This document shows, piece after piece, positions 11,039-20,062 of a stretch of 64,000 bases of DNA (positions within the stretch are counted from its first letter, which is position 1; each line of letters starts with the position of its first letter). The DNA lies in IMG/VR virus record IMGVR_UViG_3300027759_000044; one strand, given 5' to 3'. The position numbers were made by a program, and so were the translations under genes. Below the pieces are notes generated by a model. The model saw only the letters and a program-made list of their open reading frames with translations. It made no database searches and was not told the DNA's origin. Source of the stretch: a virus. Taxonomy: Duplodnaviria > Caudoviricetes.

Positions 11039-11808
11039 ATATCACTATGGATAAAATAGATATAGATTCATTTGATAGGATAGTAGCGTACGGTTGTAGT
11101 TATACTGCAGGTGATGAGTTGTTAGACCATGAAATATTAGGTATTAGTTTTGAAGCATGTAATAAATTAAAAAATTCTTATAAAAAATTATATCCTTATA
11201 ATTTTTATAAGAATTTACCAAAAGATGTTTTATATAAAATAGAAACAACCAACCCACAAGTGTCATGGGCCGGACAGTTAGCTAAACAGTTGAATAAACC
11301 TTTTCTAAATAGAGCAAAAGGTGGCTCTGGTATAGATGAAATTTTGTTCACTGTGGTATCTGATAGGACAAATAAAACCATATCGGATAGAGATTTGATT
11401 GTAGTTGGATTAACCTATCCAGAAAGAATACTTCATATAACTGATAACCATATATGTACTTTACATCTAGGTAATCAACATGGCTGGCCGTCGGCCGATA
11501 CACATAAAGCAAGTGTTGAATTATGGAATAATAGTAATACTTTGTTTAACTATTACAAATCATTATTCATCTTAACTAAATTGGGATTAAATATTAAATT
11601 ACAACCAATTTGCATGCCTTCATTTCAGGATATAAATAAAAAACTATGTGATCAGGTTATTATGCCTTTAAGGGATGAAATAGCAGACTACATGTTTTTT
11701 ACGACAGAAACGTTAAATGTAGATTTGCCATACAAGTGTGGTTTTGGACATGTAGCAATTGAGGCTCATATTGAGTTAGCAGACAAAATTCACAAACAAT
11801 ATTTTTAA
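11029..11808 (+). CDS. SGNH/GDSL-hydrolase-like protein
   Basis: Block I-like YGCSYT, block II-like NRAKGGSG, C-terminal His motif GHVAIEAH. Confidence 0.55.
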   Translation: MELNITMDKIDIDSFDRIVAYGCSYTAGDELLDHEILGISFEACNKLKNSYKKLYPYNFYKNLPKDVLYKIETTNPQVSWAGQLAKQLNKPFLNRAKGGSGIDEILFTVVSDRTNKTISDRDLIVVGLTYPERILHITDNHICTLHLGNQHGWPSADTHKASVELWNNSNTLFNYYKSLFILTKLGLNIKLQPICMPSFQDINKKLCDQVIMPLRDEIADYMFFTTETLNVDLPYKCGFGHVAIEAHIELADKIHKQYF

Positions 11809-11810
11809 AC

Positions 11811-12641
11811 ATGAGTAATACTTTTAAATTAAACGACATAAAACGAGTAGTAGCTTACGGATGTAGTTATACAGCCGGAGTTGAGTTAGCAGACGCTGAT
11901 TTTATTCCGCATCTTACTTTAGACGAAATTAATGCTGAGAAAAAAGCATTAGGGCAACATCTGTTTTATTCAAAGTATCCTGCGGTACTGTTTCAAGCTC
12001 CTCCGGAAAAGAAACAACTTGAGTATAATAGGGCCTGGCCAAAACATTTGATTAATTATTTAGAACTGCCGTTAGATTATTTAAATCGTTCAATTGCCGG
12101 GGCATCAATGGAAGCGATCGTATTTGCTATAGAACATGATTTACACAATGGCATAATTAATGATGATGATTTGATAGTAGTAGGTGTAACTAGCGCAGAT
12201 AGGATATTAACAATTAATGATGAAGGCTCGCCTAGTAGCCTAGTATTACATGATTTAGATTCTAGATGGACTAGCCAAGAGTTTAGAAAAATGTTTACTA
12301 TGGAAATTGCTAACGATCATTGGTTATTATACAATTGGTATCGTTCAGTAAAGTACATTGATATGTTATCAAAAACACTTAACAATAGGATATTACAAGT
12401 ATATTTACACACCAATGATCAGGCCTATAAAAATGTATTCAATGTACATAATAATGAATTTTTAAACATAATCAATTCATTGGAAAATATTGAATCAATT
12501 TTGGATAAAGATTTGTCTTTTGGTAAGGTAGAACCATATTGGAGTCATAAAACAGAACACGGCTTTTATCATCCTTACGAGATTCTACATAAAAATTTAG
12601 CTAAGATATTAGCAGAAAAAATTAAAGAAAAATATATATGA
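11811..12641 (+). CDS. SGNH/GDSL-hydrolase-like protein (paralogue of the upstream gene)
   Basis: VVAYGCSYTAG, NRSIAGAS, DLIVVGVT..DR, YHPYEILH. Confidence 0.55.
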   Translation: MSNTFKLNDIKRVVAYGCSYTAGVELADADFIPHLTLDEINAEKKALGQHLFYSKYPAVLFQAPPEKKQLEYNRAWPKHLINYLELPLDYLNRSIAGASMEAIVFAIEHDLHNGIINDDDLIVVGVTSADRILTINDEGSPSSLVLHDLDSRWTSQEFRKMFTMEIANDHWLLYNWYRSVKYIDMLSKTLNNRILQVYLHTNDQAYKNVFNVHNNEFLNIINSLENIESILDKDLSFGKVEPYWSHKTEHGFYHPYEILHKNLAKILAEKIKEKYI

Positions 12642-13861
12642 AAAAAGAAACCTTTTGTTCCTTACCGTTTAGTGCATTATTCTTAGGAAGTGATGGTGGT
12701 GTAAGACCCTGTTGTTCATTACGAGGAGAGCTAGGTAATATCAATGATAATTCAATTGAGGAAATTATTCACGGGAAAATTGCTACTTCTATTAGACAAT
12801 CCATTATTAATAATGAGATGCATTCTATGTGTAGCCAATGCCAAGAATTAGAGTCCAGAGGCGCTAGAACAGAACGTTCAGGTACTATTGAAATGTTTGA
12901 CAAGTTTAAAGATTATACCGAAAAAGACTTTTTATTAGAAAAACTTGACCTACGTTGGAGTAATACTTGTAACTTAACATGTAATTATTGTTATGAATAT
13001 TTTAGTTCTAAATGGGCAGAAATTAAGGGTATTAAAGTAAACGCAAATAAAGAAACAGCAGAAGAAAAGGTATTCTCATTCATTGAACAAAATTTACAAG
13101 ACAATCCAAACGTAAGATTTAATGTTAACTTACTAGGAGGCGAACCTTTATTACAAAAACCTAACTCTAGGCTTATTGAGTTAATTAAAAACAATTCAGA
13201 TATATACATTTTGACTAACTTAACAGTACCTCTAGAAACTAATAAAGTAGCAAATTTACTGTTAGAAGGTAATAATGTTGCATGGGGAATTAGTTTTGAG
13301 ACAATAGGTAATAGATTTGAATATGTAAGAAAAGGTGGAGATTGGAACCAGTTAGTTAAAAATCTACGATATTTAAATTTAAACAAGGTTAAGCACATTG
13401 ATTCTCATCCTTTATACTGTGTGTATAGTGCGTTTAATTTAGTAGAATACTTTGAGTTTTTAGGAGAAGAAGGATATTTTCATAAACAATATTGGCAAGT
13501 ATTACAGAATATTCCCGGTCTTGATGTATTTCAATTACCTTACCCAATGAAGGTTAAAGCTATTAAAGAGTTAGAGACATGTTTTAATCGTTATGAAAAT
13601 ACTTTTGATTTGTCATTACTAAGATCCGTTCATAGTGGATTAGTAAGTTCTATTGACAAACAATATTGGGATAGTACCGCATGTTTTACATGGCTTAATG
13701 ATTTAGATAAATCTATACCTGGTCAAAAACAATCATTTATTGATAATTGGGCAGAATTGTATGATGATATGTTATCTACTTATAATTGGCTTACTGATAG
13801 TAATGGAAATATGAATCCTAAAACAGAATATGAGAGACCAATCTATGTTAGAAAGATATAA
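12638..13861 (+). CDS. radical SAM protein with N-terminal twitch-like domain
   Basis: FCSLPF...VRPCC...CSQC, then CNLTCNYC and LLGGEP. Confidence 0.85.
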   Translation: MKKETFCSLPFSALFLGSDGGVRPCCSLRGELGNINDNSIEEIIHGKIATSIRQSIINNEMHSMCSQCQELESRGARTERSGTIEMFDKFKDYTEKDFLLEKLDLRWSNTCNLTCNYCYEYFSSKWAEIKGIKVNANKETAEEKVFSFIEQNLQDNPNVRFNVNLLGGEPLLQKPNSRLIELIKNNSDIYILTNLTVPLETNKVANLLLEGNNVAWGISFETIGNRFEYVRKGGDWNQLVKNLRYLNLNKVKHIDSHPLYCVYSAFNLVEYFEFLGEEGYFHKQYWQVLQNIPGLDVFQLPYPMKVKAIKELETCFNRYENTFDLSLLRSVHSGLVSSIDKQYWDSTACFTWLNDLDKSIPGQKQSFIDNWAELYDDMLSTYNWLTDSNGNMNPKTEYERPIYVRKI

Positions 13862-13864
13862 TAT

Positions 13865-15106
13865 ATGGCAGTTTTAAACTATGAGAATTACCCTCAAATA
13901 TTATCATGGGGCAAAAAGTGTAACGTAGATACTACTACTATAAAAATTCATAACGGAAACTATCCGTATCATAGATATTTAACCATACGTGATTATACTG
14001 ATACTGATTATTGGTATGCTGAAGTATTACACGGTGATGCTTTTTATTGTTTCCCCTTAACAGATTTAATGTCGGAAGAAATATTAAATAGAGTTCGAAA
14101 TAAAGAAGTAACTATACTAGTATGCCATCATCATGAGGCATACCATTGTATAATACATGATCTATATGAGTTTTTAATTGTAGCAAATAACATCCCTCCG
14201 GAACAGGTACTATTATTAACTAATAGTCCGGATATTATAACTGAAATAAACTTTGTTAGTTCAATGTTTAATTTAAATCCAATTAAGGTTGAATGGATGA
14301 CAGAATTTGAAATGTCAGCCTCGGTAAAAGCACAAGAGCTTAATTTTCCTGAAATGAAACATACCGTAGCTAAAACTTTAGTTGATAAAGAATATCCTAA
14401 AAAGTTTTTAAGTTTTAATGGCTTACATAGACCACATCGGTCATTATTGGTGTCTTTATTAGCCGCTATGGATGTATTACAGTATGGCCATGTAAGCTAT
14501 AACTCATACACATTTCCAAACTATAAAAACCCTTCATCAAAAGAAATATATGATTTAATGTTAACATGGACTGAAAGCTCTACAGAGTTTACTGAAATTT
14601 TAACAAATAATAAAGAAAAACTTAGCCAGTTAGATACAATGTATTTGGATGACGCTCCAAAAATAGATAAAGGTATAATGGTGGAATCTTTTACCAAAGA
14701 ATGCGTACCATTTTATGAAGAAACGTATTTTAGTGTAGTAACTGAAACACTGTGTATGAGGATACACAGCCATGACGGTCATACTGGAATAGGAAGATTA
14801 TTAAGTGAAAAAACGTTTAAAGCTATCCTCAATAAACATCCTTTTATATTAGTAGGAGTTCCAAAAACACTTCAATTATTAAAAGAGTTGGGATATAAAA
14901 CGTTTAGTCCATGGATTAACGAATCGTATGATGATGAGTATGATGATTGTAAAAGACTATTAATGATTGCCCAAGAGATTAAAAAACTAGCTGAGTTAAC
15001 ACCTGTTGAATTAACTGAATTTTTAAAATTTGCTACTGGTATAGTAGAACATAACTTTAAAGTAATACATTCTAAAAAGGGGCCCTGGGCTACCCCCTTA
15101 AATTAA
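13865..15106 (+). CDS. putative glycosyltransferase-like protein (GT-B-like C-terminus)
   Basis: FSVVTET...SEKTFK...HPFILVG...LKELGYKTF motif block, recalled from phage glycan-cluster proteins; family assignment is inference. Confidence 0.45.
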   Translation: MAVLNYENYPQILSWGKKCNVDTTTIKIHNGNYPYHRYLTIRDYTDTDYWYAEVLHGDAFYCFPLTDLMSEEILNRVRNKEVTILVCHHHEAYHCIIHDLYEFLIVANNIPPEQVLLLTNSPDIITEINFVSSMFNLNPIKVEWMTEFEMSASVKAQELNFPEMKHTVAKTLVDKEYPKKFLSFNGLHRPHRSLLVSLLAAMDVLQYGHVSYNSYTFPNYKNPSSKEIYDLMLTWTESSTEFTEILTNNKEKLSQLDTMYLDDAPKIDKGIMVESFTKECVPFYEETYFSVVTETLCMRIHSHDGHTGIGRLLSEKTFKAILNKHPFILVGVPKTLQLLKELGYKTFSPWINESYDDEYDDCKRLLMIAQEIKKLAELTPVELTEFLKFATGIVEHNFKVIHSKKGPWATPLN

Positions 15107-15453
15107 CCGTATTTCTTAACTTCTTTAACCGGATCATTAAGTAGTTCGGCCATTCTATTTTTTAATACATAACGTTCACTTAATATATTACGAACATGTA
15201 TGGCTCTACGACCTACTTCTTCTAAACTATATTTGTGTTCTACTGTATACTTTTTGAAATCGTCCTCAAGTTCCCAAACTCTAGCATGTACCTCATATAG
15301 TTTATCTAAATCTTCTTTGATTAAATTAAAATTTAACTCTTTAAGTTGGTCAGTGTAGAAGTCTAGTTCTTCTTTATTATCACCTAGCTTTGCAAACTTA
15401 AGTTTGGCAATACAATAACGGTCTACTAGTTCAATTACTGGAAATTTATACAT
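15103..15453 (-). CDS. hypothetical helical protein
   Basis: 116-aa ORF coupled to the methyltransferase; its stop overlaps the stop of the convergent gene. Confidence 0.65.
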   Translation of the reverse strand: MYKFPVIELVDRYCIAKLKFAKLGDNKEELDFYTDQLKELNFNLIKEDLDKLYEVHARVWELEDDFKKYTVEHKYSLEEVGRRAIHVRNILSERYVLKNRMAELLNDPVKEVKKYG

Positions 15454-16642
15454 TTGTTATTTCTACCTTAGGAAAATATTTTAAGAAAACATCTTGTTTC
15501 ATGTTACGTATAGTTTTTATTCTATTACTTATCTCAGTAAAGAAGTTCCAAGCTAATGGCATAAACACTATTTTATCATCTATATTAAACTCTGCTATAG
15601 CATCCGGCCCTTTAATTAATATCTTAGTGCCCGGAGTATATAAGTTTTGTTTTAACGGATTATCATCAATGATTAAATCTAACTGAATGTCTATATAGTT
15701 TAATAATGTATTGCCCTTTGCGGCCGCGCCATATCCTACTATCTTATATCCTTGTTGTTTGTATGTTAACAGCGTTTGTTTAAGGGTAACTATATTATTA
15801 TTCACGTTTTGTACCCATTTGGTATAAGTATCAACCTTATGTAAAGCTGACTCGGTCGTTAATGCATTTTGTATGTTAAACGGTTTACCCTCAATCTTGC
15901 TGAACACAAATACATAACTGGTACCATGAATGGGAGTGCGTATAGCTTCAACCAAATATAATCCTGCTCTCTTTGCTAATTTATTCATGCTATTGATATT
16001 AAAATAATTAACATGCTCATGGTAAATAGTATCAAACTCATCATTGAGTACCATATTAGCCTGACTAGTTTGTACAAACAATTTAGTATGATTGCTCATA
16101 AGTTCACGGCAGTTGATTAAAAATTCTAAAGGATTTGGATTATGTGCCATTACATTTTGAGCTGTTATAGCATCAAATCTACTATTCAACTTGGATAATA
16201 CTTTATCATTAAAAAAATCACAAATTATTGTATGATTCTTTGAACTAGTAGGATAGATATTTTCTGCTGGATCAACTCCCCACGTATCATATCCTAATGT
16301 TTTAAAACAATCTAATTGCGTACCGTCATTGCATCCTATATCTAACACCCGATTGTTAAGCTTAGTGCAATATTCATTAACATAGTTAGCAAACCAGTTA
16401 GAATAGTCTTTTAATGTATTGCTAGTACCACTAACATATAGATAGTTTTTATATATTAATTCAGGGTCAACTATAGTAGTTAATTGGAGGTGAAGGCAAT
16501 CTAAGCATAGATTGACACCTAACGGGAATGTTAGTTCATCTTCATCTTTAGTGGATAGATAGCTATTAGCTAAAGGTTGTTTCCCTAAATCTAAAGATGG
16601 GGTTAAGTTATGTGACCCGCAAGCCAAACATGTATTATTCAT
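15446..16642 (-). CDS. NDP-sugar C-methyltransferase-like SAM-dependent methyltransferase
   Basis: N-terminal Zn-finger CLAC...CLDC, VLDIGCNDG, FDTIYHEH, IHGTS, GYGAAAKGNTLLN. Confidence 0.85.
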   Translation of the reverse strand: MNNTCLACGSHNLTPSLDLGKQPLANSYLSTKDEDELTFPLGVNLCLDCLHLQLTTIVDPELIYKNYLYVSGTSNTLKDYSNWFANYVNEYCTKLNNRVLDIGCNDGTQLDCFKTLGYDTWGVDPAENIYPTSSKNHTIICDFFNDKVLSKLNSRFDAITAQNVMAHNPNPLEFLINCRELMSNHTKLFVQTSQANMVLNDEFDTIYHEHVNYFNINSMNKLAKRAGLYLVEAIRTPIHGTSYVFVFSKIEGKPFNIQNALTTESALHKVDTYTKWVQNVNNNIVTLKQTLLTYKQQGYKIVGYGAAAKGNTLLNYIDIQLDLIIDDNPLKQNLYTPGTKILIKGPDAIAEFNIDDKIVFMPLAWNFFTEISNRIKTIRNMKQDVFLKYFPKVEITNV

Positions 16643-17540
16643 ATTTTAAAAATTGATTTCTGTTACTAAAGGTAGCATTGTCAAACTTTGTAGATAATTC
16701 ATCTACAATAGTATTAACTGTTTCTTTAAATTCAAAGTCAAAAGTTTTTTGAAACTTTGTCGTATCCATAATAAAGTCATATGAACCTGTAACATCAGGT
16801 TGAACATTGACATTACTTGATAATAATGAACTTATTTTATTACTAAGTCCTTCAACGGAATCATAAAAACTAGCTAGATTGTATATCCCTGCTATTGGTT
16901 TTTTAATGATAGTATCTATTGCCCTAGATATATCAGCAATACCTAAAATAGGACGAATAATATTTTTATTGTTAATAAGAATGTTTCCGTTCTCAATAGA
17001 ATGTTTGGTCATTGAGTTTATCATTAACTCTTCCCTAACGTTAGGACTCCACCCGTTAACGGTACCAAATCGTAACCCTACAATATTATACCCCTTAAGG
17101 ATCATTGATTGTGCAATATTATCAAGTGTGTATTTGGTCAAGTCATAGTTATTAATAGGTTTAAAAATAAGGTCAGTATCTTCATTTGTTTCTGAATGAG
17201 TATCACCATATACGCTTCCACTACTTGCATAGATAAGAGTTTGTCCCTTATCAAGTTTATGTGCTAAGTTGATGAAGTTATTGACATTATTATTCCAACT
17301 AGAGTTAGCTTCTCCCTGACACATTTTAACTGAACTATGACCGGCTAATAATACTACAACCTCAAACTTTGCTATATAATCTTTGGTAAGTGAGTTGTAA
17401 TCAATTACATTACTAAATCCTAAATTTTTACCAAACCAACATGTATCTATGCTTTGTATATCATAAGTATATTGTAGGTCGTGTGTTAGGCGGGAACCTA
17501 TATATCCGTTCCCACCTATTAATAGTATCTTTTTAGCCAT
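16635..17540 (-). CDS. NAD-dependent epimerase/dehydratase (extended SDR)
   Basis: GGNGYIG Rossmann motif, ASSGSVYG, YDLTK (YxxxK), LRFGTVNG. Confidence 0.85.
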   Translation of the reverse strand: MAKKILLIGGNGYIGSRLTHDLQYTYDIQSIDTCWFGKNLGFSNVIDYNSLTKDYIAKFEVVVLLAGHSSVKMCQGEANSSWNNNVNNFINLAHKLDKGQTLIYASSGSVYGDTHSETNEDTDLIFKPINNYDLTKYTLDNIAQSMILKGYNIVGLRFGTVNGWSPNVREELMINSMTKHSIENGNILINNKNIIRPILGIADISRAIDTIIKKPIAGIYNLASFYDSVEGLSNKISSLLSSNVNVQPDVTGSYDFIMDTTKFQKTFDFEFKETVNTIVDELSTKFDNATFSNRNQFLKYE

Positions 17541-17545
17541 CATTA

Positions 17546-17576
17546 TATTTATTGACTATTTTAGGGTCGATAAATA
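17546..17576. promoter_or_regulatory. back-to-back divergent late-type promoters (ATAAATA on both strands)
   Basis: TATTTAT at 17546-17552 (ATAAATA on minus) and ATAAATA at 17570-17576, in the only divergent intergenic region. Confidence 0.6.
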
Positions 17577-17640
17577 ATCGTATTAAGGTAATAACAGATT
17601 ATAATACTGATAAAAACGGAACATTAATAGAAAGATAACT

Positions 17641-17736
17641 ATGTTTATAATACGCTGGATTAAAAATATTATTAGAGAATACAAATATCGTAAACGAATT
17701 AAAGAATTACGTAAACGTGACCCATTTATTTATTAA
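17641..17736 (+). CDS. small basic protein (31 aa) missing from the ORF track
   Basis: MFIIRWIKNIIREYKYRKRIKELRKRDPFIY; fills the gap between the promoter and the SGNH/carbamoyltransferase genes. Confidence 0.6.
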   Translation: MFIIRWIKNIIREYKYRKRIKELRKRDPFIY

Positions 17737-17748
17737 TAGGTATACTTA

Positions 17749-18579
17749 ATGAGCCTTGCCAAATTAAATACCTTAATGTCTGATAACATAGATGATTTTA
17801 AAAAGTTTAGCATAGTTGCTACACGCAAAGATTTGTCTATTCAAACCGATATGAATGTACACTATTTTAGTCCATTAGACTATACACATAGAGAAACATG
17901 GAACTATGAAGATTTTAGTTACGATATATCTAAGTTAGGGTTTAGAGACAATTCAAATATTCCATCTGATATAGATATAGCTGCATTTGGTTGTAGTTTT
18001 ACTTTTGGTCAAGGTCTACCTAAAAATGTGTTATGGCATCATTTATTGGGAGATAGTTTACAACTATCTACGTATAACTTTGGGCAGCCTGCCGCAAGTG
18101 TAAAAACAGTATTAGATATATTTTCGTTAACGTGTAATCATACTAAAATAAAACATGCTATTTTTTTACTCCCACCATTTTTTAGATTACAGATAGCAAG
18201 CAAGCATAAGCATTCAGACAATGTTGAATTGATTCCTATAATACCTAATTATTCTAGTAATTTGGAAAATTCATATATGTTAGATGCGTCGGCAATTTAT
18301 AAATCATTGCCCAACGAAGAATTATGTAAAAATTTCAAAGATAATGTATATCTTATGGAATATATTGCTAAAAAAAATAATATTAAAATTTATTATTCTT
18401 CATGGGATAATTCAACGTATGAGATATTGCTTCAAATGAAATTTAAAAGTGCAATATTGTTACCAAGATGGATTGATTATACTACACCTGAGTTAAAAAG
18501 TTTGGCAAGAGATATGTTACATCCCGGACCGTCAAATCATTTGAAATGGGCTGAAGAAATTAAACCTTATATAATATAA
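17749..18579 (+). CDS. SGNH/GDSL-hydrolase-like protein
   Basis: AFGCSFTFG, NFGQPAAS, intact DxxH (RDMLHPG). Confidence 0.6.
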   Translation: MSLAKLNTLMSDNIDDFKKFSIVATRKDLSIQTDMNVHYFSPLDYTHRETWNYEDFSYDISKLGFRDNSNIPSDIDIAAFGCSFTFGQGLPKNVLWHHLLGDSLQLSTYNFGQPAASVKTVLDIFSLTCNHTKIKHAIFLLPPFFRLQIASKHKHSDNVELIPIIPNYSSNLENSYMLDASAIYKSLPNEELCKNFKDNVYLMEYIAKKNNIKIYYSSWDNSTYEILLQMKFKSAILLPRWIDYTTPELKSLARDMLHPGPSNHLKWAEEIKPYII

Positions 18580-20054
18580 TGAACTACATAGGTATTTCAT
18601 CTGGATTCCATGATGCAGCTGTTAGTGTTATAGATGATACTGGCAACATACTCTTTGCTGGGCACAGTGAACGATATAGTAAAAACAAACATGATAAAGA
18701 TATATGTGACGGATTATTAACCGACGCACTATCACATACCAATTATGTGAATTTACAATATCATTACTATGAACGCCCGTGGTTAAAGTCATTGCGTCAA
18801 TTACGTAGTGGAGAAGGTTTTGTTTGGCCAACATGGAATAATTTATTAGGTACTGTATACAATGACATGAGTAAACCTAACATACACACTCATAATCATC
18901 ACTTAAGTCACGCAGCCGCAGGGTTTCAAACAAGTATTTTTCAAGATGCCACTATTGTAGTAATTGATGCTATTGGTGAGTTTGATACTATCAGTATTTG
19001 GGATGCTAGATATATTAATGGAATAGCAAAGTATAAAAAACTATGGGGACAACGATATCCAGATAGTATTGGGTTGTTTTACTCAGCAATGACTAAACGA
19101 GCAGGTCTTAAACCATTAGATGAAGAATATATACTGATGGGTATGGCAGCATATGGTAACACTAGACCTTTGCGAGAAATGTCTAATACTTTAATAGAAT
19201 CTTTTAGCAACCTCACATTCAAACAAAACCTACATGTAGGTGTATCTGATGATTTTGCCAAAGGTGCGGACAATATGGACATTGCACATAGCGCACAATT
19301 GATAGTTGAACAAATGATAATGGCAGTTATTAGTAAAGCACGAATGCTAGGTGGTAGTAGGAACTTAGTGTATGGCGGAGGAGTAGCATTAAATTGTTTA
19401 GCAAATAGATTGTTAGGAGAATATTATGACAACATTTGGATTATTCCTAATCCTGGCGATGCTGGTTCTAGTCTTGGAGCCGCTGCTTTGGGCTACGGTA
19501 AACAGCTTAATTGGATTGATGCTTATCTTGGTCATAATATCCCTGGTGACTACCCTGTTAATAAGTTATTGGATCATCTTGTTACCACTGGCATTGTTGG
19601 TGTGGCTAGTGGTCGTGCTGAATTTGGACCTAGAGCCCTTGGACATAGAAGCTTACTTGCAGATCCAAGAGGATCAGCAATAAAAGATAAGGTAAATGAG
19701 ATTAAACGTAGACAAAAGTTTAGACCATTTGCTCCTATTATATTAGAAGAATATGCTGATACTTACTTTGATATGCCTAAAGGTTTTACTAACAGTCGAT
19801 ATATGCAAGTTATCAGTAGATGTAGAGTACCTGAATTATTCCCTGCTATTGTTCACCATGACAATACCAGCCGTGTTCAAACAGTACCAAAAGACGGGTC
19901 GGGTATTAGAGAACTATTAGAAAAGTGGTATGTGTTAACTGGATGTCCAATGTTGTTGAATACATCATTAAACATACGTGGTGAGCCGATGGTTAATGAT
20001 AGAGCAGATGCTGATAGATTTGAAAAACTTTATAATGTCCCTGTAATTTCATAA
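18579..20054 (+). CDS. carbamoyltransferase (NodU/CmcH family)
   Basis: GISSGFHDAA, HHLSHAA, VIDAIGE, EYILMGMAAYG, GGVALNC, EFGPRALG.RS, KRRQKFRPFAP, LLNTSLN. Confidence 0.92.
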   Translation: MNYIGISSGFHDAAVSVIDDTGNILFAGHSERYSKNKHDKDICDGLLTDALSHTNYVNLQYHYYERPWLKSLRQLRSGEGFVWPTWNNLLGTVYNDMSKPNIHTHNHHLSHAAAGFQTSIFQDATIVVIDAIGEFDTISIWDARYINGIAKYKKLWGQRYPDSIGLFYSAMTKRAGLKPLDEEYILMGMAAYGNTRPLREMSNTLIESFSNLTFKQNLHVGVSDDFAKGADNMDIAHSAQLIVEQMIMAVISKARMLGGSRNLVYGGGVALNCLANRLLGEYYDNIWIIPNPGDAGSSLGAAALGYGKQLNWIDAYLGHNIPGDYPVNKLLDHLVTTGIVGVASGRAEFGPRALGHRSLLADPRGSAIKDKVNEIKRRQKFRPFAPIILEEYADTYFDMPKGFTNSRYMQVISRCRVPELFPAIVHHDNTSRVQTVPKDGSGIRELLEKWYVLTGCPMLLNTSLNIRGEPMVNDRADADRFEKLYNVPVIS

Positions 20055-20062
20055 GTATACTA

